This document shows, in pieces, positions 19,200 to 28,901 of a stretch of 64,000 bases of DNA. Under the pieces are notes generated by a model that was given only the letters and a program-made list of their open reading frames with translations, did no database searches and was not told the DNA's origin. Each line of letters opens with the position of its first letter. The stretch's first letter is position 1. Source of the DNA: an uncultured Acidobacteriota bacterium (GTDB lineage: Bacteria; Actinomycetota; Acidimicrobiia; Spongiisociales; ZC4RG35); assembly GCA_963828465.1 (NCBI GenBank), contig CAWHEU010000024.1, forward strand, positions 85,569 through 149,568. Reading direction: 5' to 3'. A program made the position numbers and the translations under genes.

Positions 19200-19246
19200 A
19201 AATTGGGAGCCACAGTCCCGAGTGTGAGAGCTGTGGGTCCCAATTT
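19200..19246. repeat. REP-like inverted repeat or hairpin downstream of glnE
   Basis: AAATTGGGAGCCACAG ... CTGTGGGTCCCAATTT (16-bp arms, 1 mismatch). Confidence 0.65.
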
Positions 19247-19255
19247 CGAGGCGGC

Positions 19256-22024
19256 TCACTCGTAGAAGCGGGTCTCGAACACTCGACGGGCCCTTCTGGT
19301 GACCCGGCGGTACACATCTCTGAGCTCAGAGGCCCTGTCGAACCCGAGCGAAGCGGCGAGACTGCCTAGCTCCAGCGGTGCGGTGGGAAGCGAGTCGACG
19401 GCCCGACCCATCTGGAGGTGGAGGCGGAGCCGGGCGCGGGTGCAGAAGAGGTAGGACTCCGACAGGGCGCTCTCCTCGTCGGGTTCGAGCAGCCCGTGCC
19501 CGACTAGCACCTGCAACGCATCCAATGTGCTGGGGCCCCGAAGCTCGGGGACTCTGCCACCGTGACGTAACTGGAGGAGCTGGGTGAGGAACTCGATATC
19601 ACTGATGCTCCCCCGGCCCAGCTTGAGGTGGTAGTCGGGGTCTTCACCGGCCGGGATCCGCTCCTTCTCCACCCTCGCCTTGATCTCACGAATCGAACGC
19701 TGGAAGTCGGTGGGCAAGCTGTCCCGCCACAGGAAGCTTCCCACCACTTCGGACCACTGGCTTGCGAGGGATGGATCTCCGGCCGCCACCCTCCCTTTGA
19801 CCAGGGCGAGCATCTCCCAGGGCTCGGCCCACTCCTCGTAGTAGCGGCGGTAGCTCTCGAGAGACCTCGCCATAGGCCCTTTTCGGCCTTCCGGCCTGAG
19901 CTCGGCATCGAGCCGGTAGGCCTCTCCATGGCGGCTTGTCTCGGAGAGCACCCTGGACAACTCGGTGGCGACACGGAACGCGTCGTCGCGTCCGGATTCC
20001 TCGGCGATCACGTACATGAGATCGAGGTCGGAGCCATAGGACAGCTCGCCACCCCCCCACTTGCCCATTGCGACGACACATAGCCCGGTCGGGTCACCTC
20101 GGGTGACGACGTGGAGGCCTCCGCCCACCGCCACATCGGCACTGTCGGTGAGGGAGCGGAGCGTGGTGACCGTGTCCGTCAATCCAAGGATGTCGCGTGC
20201 CGCAGTGCGGAGCTTTCTGCGCCGGGCCATCCGGCGGATGGTCCCTACCTTGGCGTCGGGCTCTGGCCGGGAATCGAGCAGGCCGAGCAGGCGGCTCGAC
20301 TCCTCCTCCCGGCCGCGGATCTCCGCCAGCAGCCGCTCGTCGGCCAGACGGGGGACGAACTCGGGGATGCGGTCGATCAGGTCGCCGATGAGACGGCTTG
20401 TCCCAAGCAGCCGGCACAGCCGCTCGCCGGCCAGCGGGTTCACCTGGAGCAGGGTCACCAGCGCGGCATGGTCGGGAGTGTTGGCCAGGACCGTGCGAAG
20501 CTGCCTCAGCCCGAGATCCGGATCGGGGGTGAGCGACAGCCAGTCGAGCATGAGGGGGAGCACCTGATGCATGGCCTGCGACCGCCGGCTCAGACCCGAC
20601 GTCAGGTCTTCGAGTGCCCTCTTTGCAGCCGCCACGTCGTTGAAGCCGAGGGCTTCGAGACGCAGAGCGGCTTGTTCCATACCGAGCCGAGCACTCGGGG
20701 ACCCGACGAGAGCGTCCAGGATCGGTCTGAAATAGAGACGCTCGTGAACGTCGCGAACGATCGACCTCACCTCGCCGATCCTCTGTTCGAGCTCGCGGGC
20801 CGGATCGATCCCCATTCCCAGGGCGCGGCCCAATTGTTCTCTGCGCTCCGGGTCATTCGGGATCTCGTGGGTCTGTCGCAGGTCCCAGAGCTGGATCCTG
20901 TGTTCGAGATCTCGCCAGAATCGGTAGGCGGAGTCGAGCCGGGAACGATCCTCCTCACCCACGAATCCGAGGTCGGTCAGGGCCTGGAGAGCTTCGAGTG
21001 TGCCCGGCTTCCTCAGCTCCGGGGCGAGTCGACCATGGACCAGCTGGAGGAGCTGTACCGAGAACTCGACGTCCCGGATACCACCTCGCGACCGCTTGAT
21101 GTCGGACGGCCTCGCTCCCGTCTCCGCCTGCTCCTTCAGCTTGCGGAGGCTCCGCAGGGAGTCCACGTCGAGACCCTGCTCCCAGATCACGGTCTCGACC
21201 ATGGAGGCGAAGCGTTCGCCGAGGGAGGGGTCGCCGGAGACGGGACGCGCCTTCAGCAGCGCCTGGAGCTCCCAAGGCTCGCCCCACCTGGCGTAGTACT
21301 GCGCATAAGAGTCGAGGCTTCGTGAGAGGGGCCCGATCGATCCCTCCGGTCTCAGATCGGTGTCAACGAGGAGCCCTGAACCGTCGGATCCACGAGCGGA
21401 CAGGGCACCAACGATGGCAAGGGCGAGGGCGAGGGCGGCGGTCCGGCTCGCCGATTCGTCATCACCTGCCCTGTCGTGGACGAAGAGCAGGTCGATGTCG
21501 GACGAGTAGTTGAGCTCTCGGGCGCCCCATTTCCCCATGGCGATGACGGCGAAGGGCAGGTCGGAGACGAGTGGGTATTTCGCCGCGACCGCTGCCGTAG
21601 CCCGAGATTGGACATCCTCCACCAGGTGGTCGATGGCATCAGAGAACCGGGTGGTCGCAACCGTCATGTCGATGACACCGGCCAGGTCGTCCCCGGCGAT
21701 GGTGGCGAGAGAGGCCCTCCGGCGCAGCGGGACCGAATCCTCGGGGGCCGACCCGATGAGCAAACCGGGTCGACGGGCGATCGCTTGACTCAAAGCGCGA
21801 GAAGCGCCGGCAATGGCGCAGGCTCGCTCCAGTGCGGGGCTGGTGAGGACGAGCTCGGGGTCTGCCTCGATCATCGAGATCAATCTCGGCCAGGCTCCCG
21901 CAGGATCTGCTCCCCTCGCCACCAGGTCGACGATGGACGATCTCCGGTCCGGGTCCGGTACCAGGACCTCGAGTCTTCCTGCTTCTGCTGGCGGAATTGC
22001 GACTACGGGCCGTCTGTCGGTCAC
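19256..22024 (-). CDS. glnE: Bifunctional glutamine synthetase adenylyltransferase/deadenylyltransferase
   Basis: Two NT domains (MGKWGARELNYSSDID and MGKWGGGELSYGSDLD), LRPEG twice, GGIRDVEF; GTG 7 nt after TACGCT. Confidence 0.93.
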   Translation of the reverse strand: MTDRRPVVAIPPAEAGRLEVLVPDPDRRSSIVDLVARGADPAGAWPRLISMIEADPELVLTSPALERACAIAGASRALSQAIARRPGLLIGSAPEDSVPLRRRASLATIAGDDLAGVIDMTVATTRFSDAIDHLVEDVQSRATAAVAAKYPLVSDLPFAVIAMGKWGARELNYSSDIDLLFVHDRAGDDESASRTAALALALAIVGALSARGSDGSGLLVDTDLRPEGSIGPLSRSLDSYAQYYARWGEPWELQALLKARPVSGDPSLGERFASMVETVIWEQGLDVDSLRSLRKLKEQAETGARPSDIKRSRGGIRDVEFSVQLLQLVHGRLAPELRKPGTLEALQALTDLGFVGEEDRSRLDSAYRFWRDLEHRIQLWDLRQTHEIPNDPERREQLGRALGMGIDPARELEQRIGEVRSIVRDVHERLYFRPILDALVGSPSARLGMEQAALRLEALGFNDVAAAKRALEDLTSGLSRRSQAMHQVLPLMLDWLSLTPDPDLGLRQLRTVLANTPDHAALVTLLQVNPLAGERLCRLLGTSRLIGDLIDRIPEFVPRLADERLLAEIRGREEESSRLLGLLDSRPEPDAKVGTIRRMARRRKLRTAARDILGLTDTVTTLRSLTDSADVAVGGGLHVVTRGDPTGLCVVAMGKWGGGELSYGSDLDLMYVIAEESGRDDAFRVATELSRVLSETSRHGEAYRLDAELRPEGRKGPMARSLESYRRYYEEWAEPWEMLALVKGRVAAGDPSLASQWSEVVGSFLWRDSLPTDFQRSIREIKARVEKERIPAGEDPDYHLKLGRGSISDIEFLTQLLQLRHGGRVPELRGPSTLDALQVLVGHGLLEPDEESALSESYLFCTRARLRLHLQMGRAVDSLPTAPLELGSLAASLGFDRASELRDVYRRVTRRARRVFETRFYE

Positions 22025-22059
22025 GTCCGACAGCGTATGCCGGGGCGTATCGTGGAGGT

Positions 22060-23718
22060 ATGCCACTCCGAGTCGCCGGGGCCCAACTGAATCTCTGTGT
22101 CGGCGACATACCGGGCAACGAGAGACGGATTGCCGGCGCCATCGATTGGGCCGAAGCAGAGGGTGCCGAGGTGCTGCTCCTGCCTGAGTTGGCGATCAAC
22201 GGGTATCCGCCCGAGGATCTGGTGCTTCGCGACGATTTCGTGTCGGCGGGCATCGACGCCCTTCACCGTCTCGCTTCACGAGCCGGGTCGACGGTGGTGG
22301 TTGTTGGCTTCGTCGACCGATCGGATGGCCCGTCACGGGGTGCCGTCGACGCCGAGGACCGCCGCGTGGCCAATGCGGCGGCCGTTCTTCACCACGGTGG
22401 GATCGTCGGCATATATCACAAGGTGCTGCTCCCCAACTACGGCGTCTTCGACGAGGACCGCTACTTCACCGTAGGGCACGATCCGGCACGGGTTTGGGAC
22501 ATGGGACGGACCCGCGTCGGGGTGTCGATCTGCGAGGACATCTGGCTCCCGGATGGCCCTCCACGTGATCAGGCCGCAGCCGGTGCCAAGGTCTTGCTCA
22601 ACATCAACGCCTCGCCGTTCCACAAAGGAAAGGCCAGGGAGCGCGAAGGCATGATCGTCGACCGAGCCCGTGCATCCGGGGCGGCCGTGGTCTACGTCAA
22701 CCTGATCGGGGGCCAGGACGAGCTCGTGTTCGATGGATGCTCTTTGGTGGTGGCTTCCGACGGCACGATTGTCCACCGCTCTCCGCAGTTCGAAGAGGAC
22801 ATGTTCGTAGTCGACGTGCCGCTGCCCGGGGAGGCAGTGGAGGTCGGTTCGTTGACTGACCTTCTGGATCCTGTCGAAGAGGTCTATCGGGCCCTGGAGA
22901 CCGGTCTGGGGGATTACGTGAGGAAGAACGGGTTCGAGCAGGTGGTGATCGGCCTGTCCGGCGGCATCGATTCGGCTCTGACCGCGGTCCTTGCCTCCGA
23001 CGCCCTAGGACCTGACTCGGTGTGGGGTGTCGCCATGCCGTCGCGCTTCTCCTCGCAACACTCGATCGACGATGCCAGGCAACTGGCCGAGAACCTGGGG
23101 CTGCGCTTCGACCTCCTCCCGATCGACGACGTCTACGGCGCGTACCTAGAGGCCCTCGCCCCCGTTTTCGCCGGCACCGAGTTCGGGACGAGTGAGGAGA
23201 ACCTCCAGGCCCGCACCAGGGGTGCGATGCTGATGGCGATCTCCAACAAGCACGGCCCGATGGTGGTGGCCACCGGAAACAAGTCTGAGATGGCTGCGGG
23301 GTACGCCACTCTCTACGGAGACATGGTTGGGGGCTACGCGGTTCTGAAGGACGTATTCAAGACCCTGGTCTACGACCTGGCCCGTTGGCGGAACAAGGAT
23401 GGGGACGTGATCCCCCTGAACACAATCGACAAGCCGCCATCAGCCGAATTGCGCCCGAATCAGAAGGATTCGGACAGTCTTCCACCCTACGAGACCCTCG
23501 ATGAGATCCTCTCGCTCTACGTGGAGGCGGACCTCGGCGTGACCGCGATCGTGGAGCGGGGCTTCGACCCAGGCCTGGTGGCACGGGTGGCGGGCATGGT
23601 CGATCGCAACGAGTACAAGCGCCGGCAGGCCGCGCCCGGGGTGAAGATCACGGTCAAGGCGTTCGGCAAGGACCGTCGACTGCCCATCACCAACAGACAC
23701 AAGCCGTCATCCCCGTGA
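22060..23718 (+). CDS. nadE: Glutamine-dependent NAD+ synthetase
   Basis: CN-hydrolase domain (PEL, YPPEDL, ICEDIW) plus LSGGIDS, ENLQAR, TGNKSE, PPSAEL. Confidence 0.95.
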   Translation: MPLRVAGAQLNLCVGDIPGNERRIAGAIDWAEAEGAEVLLLPELAINGYPPEDLVLRDDFVSAGIDALHRLASRAGSTVVVVGFVDRSDGPSRGAVDAEDRRVANAAAVLHHGGIVGIYHKVLLPNYGVFDEDRYFTVGHDPARVWDMGRTRVGVSICEDIWLPDGPPRDQAAAGAKVLLNINASPFHKGKAREREGMIVDRARASGAAVVYVNLIGGQDELVFDGCSLVVASDGTIVHRSPQFEEDMFVVDVPLPGEAVEVGSLTDLLDPVEEVYRALETGLGDYVRKNGFEQVVIGLSGGIDSALTAVLASDALGPDSVWGVAMPSRFSSQHSIDDARQLAENLGLRFDLLPIDDVYGAYLEALAPVFAGTEFGTSEENLQARTRGAMLMAISNKHGPMVVATGNKSEMAAGYATLYGDMVGGYAVLKDVFKTLVYDLARWRNKDGDVIPLNTIDKPPSAELRPNQKDSDSLPPYETLDEILSLYVEADLGVTAIVERGFDPGLVARVAGMVDRNEYKRRQAAPGVKITVKAFGKDRRLPITNRHKPSSP

Positions 23719-23728
23719 CGGGTTGCCG

Positions 23729-24535
23729 ATGACGCTGAAGGTGCTGATAAACGGAGTCGAGTCGGACGGTGTCGTTCCTGTCACCGACTCCTCGGTCCTC
23801 AGGGGCGATGGTTGTTTCGAAGTGATCAGGTCCTACGCGGGCCGGCCATTCGCCATGGAGGATCATCTCGACCGCCTCGATCGGAGCGCGAAGGCCCTCG
23901 AGATCCCTTTGCCCGACCGTCAGGACCTGGTGCAATGGGTAGAGCAGGCTGCCGCCTCATGTGATGGGTGCCTGGTCCGGGTGGTTGTGACGAGGGGCCC
24001 GGCGATGCCCGGGATCACCGGCGAGCCGATCGTGATCGTGTTCGCCCACGCGCTGGGCAAGGGCGAAAGCCCGGCCACCCTGCTTCCCGTTCCTGCCCCA
24101 TGGCACGCGGCAGGCGCAGAGTGGGAACTCGCCGGCGCCAAGATCCTGTCGTATGCCCCCAACATGGCGGCCACGCGGCGCGCCATCGCCGAGGGATTCG
24201 GTGACGCCCTCCTGACGACTATCGAGGGGGCGATGCTCGAGGGCCCGACATTCTCCGTGGCCTGGGTGGTCGACGGTGTCATCGAAACGCCCGGGCTCGA
24301 ATTGGGGATCCTCGACTCGATCACCCGTCGGGTGATGCTGCAACTGGCATCCGAGCTCGGGATCGAGGTCGTGGAGGGAACATGGGATCTGGACCGGCTC
24401 GATCGGGCGCAGGAGGCGATCGCCCTTTCCACGGTTCGCGAGATCCAACCGGTTTCTGCGATAGGTGGGCGTGGTTTCCAGGAAGGGCCAGTCACTGCCG
24501 ACCTGGCGCGTCTCTTCTACCAGCGCCTTTACTGA
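23729..24535 (+). CDS. Class IV PLP aminotransferase (IlvE/PabC-like)
   Basis: GDGCFE, HLDRL, AKILSY, EGPTF, GILDSITR. Confidence 0.87.
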   Translation: MTLKVLINGVESDGVVPVTDSSVLRGDGCFEVIRSYAGRPFAMEDHLDRLDRSAKALEIPLPDRQDLVQWVEQAAASCDGCLVRVVVTRGPAMPGITGEPIVIVFAHALGKGESPATLLPVPAPWHAAGAEWELAGAKILSYAPNMAATRRAIAEGFGDALLTTIEGAMLEGPTFSVAWVVDGVIETPGLELGILDSITRRVMLQLASELGIEVVEGTWDLDRLDRAQEAIALSTVREIQPVSAIGGRGFQEGPVTADLARLFYQRLY

Positions 24536-26007
24536 ACGGGTGGTGGGCAGGACTCGGGATTCCGGCCCTGGATCCACGAGACGAGCCGAACGACGGTCTC
24601 CGCCCTGGTCAGGACCCGGTCGTTGTCGAGACTCGGGTTGCATGCGGCACGAGCGCCCATCTCCCGCAGCTTGGCCTCGGCCTCCTCGGCGGTGGGAACG
24701 AAGACTTCGGGGACACCCTCGGTCTGCGACCGCGGCCGCAGGGTCGACACCAAGGCATCGATCCTGACCCAAACGGCGAGACGGGCGACATCGGCCTCCG
24801 TCAGCCCAAGGAAGAGACAGGGGTCGAGTGGAGGGCATGCCGAGGTGTCGGTCAACGGCAGATACCGGCCCTCGAGCTGAGGAGGCGCCGTGCCGGCCAG
24901 GTGTCCGGCGAGGACAGCGGCCAGTTCCGGCTCCGCGATTCGGTCCGGGCAGAAATCGACCCTTGTCTCGTCGCAATCGAGCAGGAGTCCTTGAGTCAGC
25001 AGCAGTGCGATGATGGCCTCGGCAGGACTGCCGTCGTCATCGGCGTATGGCCAGGATGGCTGGGGATCGGCTTGTACCGCCACCCCTTGTGCGGCAAGCA
25101 GGCTCGGACGCGGATCGACGGCGAGGCCTTCAGGGTTGCGCAGCTCGAAATGGAGGTGGGGCACCGTGCCTTCGGCATTCCCTGAATCGCCCACCCAGCC
25201 GATCACCTCGCCGCGAGCAACCTCCGAGCCCTCGACGAGATCGGTGCGCAGACCGATGCCCAGGCCGTCGTCGGTGTCGTATTGATCGTTGTTGAGATGG
25301 ATGTAGTAGGACTGCCATCCGTCGGTGTGCCGGACGATGGCCCAGCAGCAGTTGTCCGTCCCTTGGTCCTGGGCGACCCTGCTCACCACACCATCAGCCA
25401 CGGCCCGGACCGGAGTCAGTTTGGGAGCGGCGATGTCGTTGCCCATGTGCTTGCGGGCGCCACCGTCACGATCGGCGCCGAAGGGTGAGCCGATTTGACC
25501 GACCCCGCCCATGGGCCAGGCCATGTCGTAGACGAAAGGCACGCAAGGGGGCGGGGGCGGGATCGTGGTCGTGGTTTCTCGCGGGGCCGTGGTGGGTGGC
25601 GCCGTGGTCGAGCCAGGCGCAGTGGTCGTGGTCGATGCAGACGCCGTCGTGGTGGTCTCGTCCGGGGAAGATGTGCTGGTCGTCTCCTCGGGAACCGTTG
25701 TCGTGGTCGTCGACGTTGTAGTAGTCGATGCAGGCGCAGTCGTGGTGGTTTCCGATGGGACGGTCGTGCCCGGCCCTGTAGTCGTCGTTTCCGATGGGAC
25801 TGTGGTGCCCGGCGCCGTGGTCGTCGTCTCCGGTGGGAGGGTCGTCGGTGGGGGCAGGGTGGTTGGTGGGAACAGGATGTCCATGGTCACCGGAGGGCAC
25901 ATCTCGGCGGCGGCAACCGGGCTTGCCGGCGTGCTCACGAAGTAGAGCCCTGACATCAGGGCAGACGCGAGCAATAGAGCGGCCATCCGTCTGCCGTACA
26001 TGGGCAT
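24529..26007 (-). CDS. Secreted M23 family peptidase with Thr/Pro-rich linker
   Basis: Signal peptide; HMGNDI, YIHLNND, VGDSGNA, PHLHFE. Confidence 0.87.
   Translation of the reverse strand: MPMYGRRMAALLLASALMSGLYFVSTPASPVAAAEMCPPVTMDILFPPTTLPPPTTLPPETTTTAPGTTVPSETTTTGPGTTVPSETTTTAPASTTTTSTTTTTVPEETTSTSSPDETTTTASASTTTTAPGSTTAPPTTAPRETTTTIPPPPPCVPFVYDMAWPMGGVGQIGSPFGADRDGGARKHMGNDIAAPKLTPVRAVADGVVSRVAQDQGTDNCCWAIVRHTDGWQSYYIHLNNDQYDTDDGLGIGLRTDLVEGSEVARGEVIGWVGDSGNAEGTVPHLHFELRNPEGLAVDPRPSLLAAQGVAVQADPQPSWPYADDDGSPAEAIIALLLTQGLLLDCDETRVDFCPDRIAEPELAAVLAGHLAGTAPPQLEGRYLPLTDTSACPPLDPCLFLGLTEADVARLAVWVRIDALVSTLRPRSQTEGVPEVFVPTAEEAEAKLREMGARAACNPSLDNDRVLTRAETVVRLVSWIQGRNPESCPPPVQ
25740..25870 (-). 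repeat. Intragenic 39-bp tandem repeat and PPTTL repeats
   Basis: PGTTVPSETTTT occurs twice and PPTTLP twice in the M23 linker. Confidence 0.7.
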
Positions 26008-26066
26008 GACCTTACATACTGAGACGTGGTTTGGAACCAGGGGCGGCTCGGGTACGTTTGTACGCC

Positions 26067-26591
26067 ATGATCTCCTCCAAGACGCTCCGTCTCGGCCTGT
26101 TCGGATTACTGGTCCTGGCCCTTGCGGCCTGTGACGACGGCGAGACCACGGACCTCAGCACGACGTCCTCCCTCATTTCCAGCCCGACCACCGGTGGTGG
26201 GGAGGAGGCGACCACCACCACAGTGGCGACGGGAGGTGACACGACCTCGACGACACTCGTCGGTCAGCAAGTCGCCGAGTACGAGGTTGTGGCGCGGGTG
26301 TCGGACCCGGCCGGGGAGACACTCTTCATCGTGATCCCGCCCGGCGCATACACCGATGTCGACATCGAGAACTTCGTAGTCGGCCTCGTCGACAGTGGCG
26401 AGATCACCTATGGCGCCGAGGTCTTCGACGACAACGGCGCGGTCGATGCCTACCGCAAGCCCGAGGCGGAGCGCACCGAGGGCGAGACCCAACTCATCCA
26501 ACAGCACCATTTCGCCAGCGTCCAGAACGGGACCACCTTCATCTACCGCGGACCATTCGCCGAGTCGGGCGAGTTCGTCATCGGCAGCTAG
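26067..26591 (+). CDS. Hypothetical lipoprotein, Thr-rich
   Basis: Lipobox LAAC, then a Thr/Ser-rich linker. Confidence 0.75.
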   Translation: MISSKTLRLGLFGLLVLALAACDDGETTDLSTTSSLISSPTTGGGEEATTTTVATGGDTTSTTLVGQQVAEYEVVARVSDPAGETLFIVIPPGAYTDVDIENFVVGLVDSGEITYGAEVFDDNGAVDAYRKPEAERTEGETQLIQQHHFASVQNGTTFIYRGPFAESGEFVIGS

Positions 26592-26611
26592 GGGAGGCGT
26601 GCCCCTGGCAA

Positions 26612-26727
26612 CCTCAGGTTCTGCGGCCCGCATCCGGGCCGATCTGCCTCAGCTTCGTGGGTTGTCCGGCGTGGGGCAGCCCGAACGTGAGGCGTTTCGG
26701 CCCGTATAAGAAACGGGGAACCTGAGG
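26612..26727 (+). repeat. Long imperfect palindromic element (REP/MITE-like)
   Basis: Nested arms CCTCAGGTTC/GAACCTGAGG, CGGGCCGA/TCGGCCCG, GCCTCA/TGAGGC, GGGTTGTCC/GGGCAGCCC. Confidence 0.7.
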
Positions 26728-26728
26728 G

Positions 26729-28132
26729 TCAGAGCAGCGCAGCGGCGACCAGGAGGAACCCGCCGAAGCCGACCGCGTCAGTGATCATCGTGAGCAGGAT
26801 CGACGAAGCGAGGGCGGGGTCGAGGCCGAGACGACGCAGAACCAGGGGAATCGCCGATCCCGCCAGGGTCGCGATAAGCAGATTGGCCAGACAGGCGATC
26901 CCGATAACGAGGGCGACCGTCACCGGGTCCGAGTTGCTCTGGAAGACCCCCGAGTCGACCAAGACATAGGTCATGGCGGCGGCGGCCACGGCGAGAAGCA
27001 CGCCGTTGAGGATCCCCACCCCGGCCTGTCGAAGCAGGATCGAGGGCACTTGGGCCCGGGGCACGTCGTCGGAGGCCAGGGAGCGGATCATCACTGCCAG
27101 GCTCTGATTCCCCCCGTTGCCGCCCAGGGTGGCCACGATTGGCATCAGCGCGGCGAGCACGGGCTCGGTCGAGATGATGCTGGTCTGACGCTCGATGACC
27201 CAAGCGACGAAAGTGGCCAGGACCAGGTTGAGGAGGAGCCACGGCGCGCGGGAGCGGAACGACTTGGTCACGTCGGTGTAGACGGTTTCACCGAGACCCG
27301 CGCCAACCGCTGCGGCGAAATCTTCGGTGGCCTCGTCCTGGACCGCTTCGATGACAGCGTCGGTCGTGACGACCCCGATAAGGCGGCCCTGCTCGTCGAC
27401 GACCGGGATCCCGAACAGGCGATACCTCTGGGCGAGCTCGGCTACCTCTTCCCGGTCGGTCATCCCCTCGACCGACACCGGGTCGGGCACCATCACCTCT
27501 TCGAGGCTGGCCCCGGGGCGGGCGAACACCAGATCGCGGAAGTAGATGACGCCCCTCAGCTTCTGGTCATCGTCCACGACGTAGACGTAGGCGAAGTCCT
27601 CGTACTGCTCGTGCAGCTGTCGGATCCTCTCGATTGCCTCGCCGGCCGTCAGGCCTAGGGGCAGAGCGGCGATCTCGGTGGTCATGAGACCGCCTGCGGT
27701 GTCGGAGGGGTACTCGAGCAGGCGGCGGATCTCTTGCTCCGACTCGTCGTCGAGCATGGCGAGGACGCTTTCCGTGACGTCGTCGTCCAGCTCGTACAGG
27801 AGGTCGGCTGCGGCCTCGCCGGTCATCTCGCTGACGGCGGCGGTGAGGTCGGCGATTGGAACGTCTTCGACGAGTTCGGCGGCGAGCTCCGGGGCGATCT
27901 GCTCCAAGATGTCGGCGACATCTTCGGGCTCCAGCTCGGCGAGCAGGCCCGCCGCGTCCTCTTCGGTCAGCTGCTCCAGGACGTCTGCTGCGTCACCGGG
28001 GGCGGCTTCGGCGAGCGCCTCCCACTCCTCACCGTGAGTCTCGAGATAGTCGGCGACTTCTTCGTGGTCGCGGCGCGCGGCAGCCAGGAGATCCCTGGCA
28101 AGCTGGCGCGGCCTTCTGAGTCTGAGTCTCAC
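26729..28132 (-). CDS. mgtE: Magnesium transporter MgtE
   Basis: MgtE N-domain, YPSDTAGGLMT, CBS pair, GGNGGNQS, DPALAS, TDAVG. Confidence 0.92.
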   Translation of the reverse strand: MRLRLRRPRQLARDLLAAARRDHEEVADYLETHGEEWEALAEAAPGDAADVLEQLTEEDAAGLLAELEPEDVADILEQIAPELAAELVEDVPIADLTAAVSEMTGEAAADLLYELDDDVTESVLAMLDDESEQEIRRLLEYPSDTAGGLMTTEIAALPLGLTAGEAIERIRQLHEQYEDFAYVYVVDDDQKLRGVIYFRDLVFARPGASLEEVMVPDPVSVEGMTDREEVAELAQRYRLFGIPVVDEQGRLIGVVTTDAVIEAVQDEATEDFAAAVGAGLGETVYTDVTKSFRSRAPWLLLNLVLATFVAWVIERQTSIISTEPVLAALMPIVATLGGNGGNQSLAVMIRSLASDDVPRAQVPSILLRQAGVGILNGVLLAVAAAAMTYVLVDSGVFQSNSDPVTVALVIGIACLANLLIATLAGSAIPLVLRRLGLDPALASSILLTMITDAVGFGGFLLVAAALL

Positions 28133-28168
28133 CGGTACCCCTCGAACGGCGAACCGGCCAGAGAGTAG

Positions 28169-28331
28169 AGCGCTCCGACCCGCAGGTCATCGCACGTGTC
28201 CCGCCGTCCCTCGACGCCCCTGGGCTTCGTCCTCGTCCTCAACGCACTACCAGTGCGTCTTCGTCCTGCGTCCTTGCCAGGAACGCCGAGGACTCGGCGT
28301 TACAAGCACGGGACCTACGAGCCGGAGCGCT
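28169..28331 (-). repeat. Structured palindromic element (about 163 nt) between greA and mgtE
   Basis: 19-20-bp terminal stem and 15-bp inner stem, each with G-U pairs on the minus strand; apical ACGCACT/AGTGCGT hairpin flanked by four AGGACG motifs. Confidence 0.72.
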
Positions 28332-28806
28332 ACCCCTCGTAGGGGCGAACCGCTTTGATCGTCACGCGGAACGTTCCGGCGGGAGCCTCGTAGGGGACCT
28401 CGTCCCCGATCGAAGCTCCGAGCAGGGCGCCACCCAGCGGGCTGGTGGGCGAGGCCAGGAGCAGACCCGAGACCTTGTTCTCCTGGGGGGCGACGAAGTA
28501 GTCGAGCTCGTCCCCGTCGGAGTCGACCACGGTGACGACACTTCCTACCTCCACCCGCCCGGTGTCCTTCACCTCTCTCACCTCCGCGTTGTTGAGCAGA
28601 AACTCGAGCTTCCGGATCCGGGCCTCCATCAGGCCCTGGTCGTTCTTGGCGGCGTCATAGTCCGCGTTCTCGCGCAGATCGCCGTGGGATCGGGCCTCGG
28701 CGATCCGCTCTTCGATCTCACGCCTCCCGGCGGTCTTCAATTCATCCAACTCATCCTGCATCTTCTGATGTGCGGCAGGGGTCAGGAAAGTCGGTTCGTC
28801 GATCAT
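28330..28806 (-). CDS. greA: Transcription elongation factor GreA
   Basis: EARSHGDLRENADYDAAK, SPLGGALLG. Confidence 0.95.
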   Translation of the reverse strand: MIDEPTFLTPAAHQKMQDELDELKTAGRREIEERIAEARSHGDLRENADYDAAKNDQGLMEARIRKLEFLLNNAEVREVKDTGRVEVGSVVTVVDSDGDELDYFVAPQENKVSGLLLASPTSPLGGALLGASIGDEVPYEAPAGTFRVTIKAVRPYEG

Positions 28807-28901
28807 GAGCGCGGGAAGGCTAACCCCGGGCCTATGCCTATCCGAAGGCGGCCGCCCCGGCCCCGGAGGGCAATCGTGAGGCCAGGGCTATCTTCTCCGG
28901 G

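Noticed and set aside
25560-25870. Repetitive DNA as a CRISPR array or mobile repeat
   Set aside because: It encodes the Thr/Pro linker of the M23 peptidase; no repeat-spacer pattern and no cas genes
28140-28331. Canonical M-box (ykoK) riboswitch upstream of mgtE
   Set aside because: I could not recognise M-box consensus features or a U-tailed terminator; kept as an unclassified structured element
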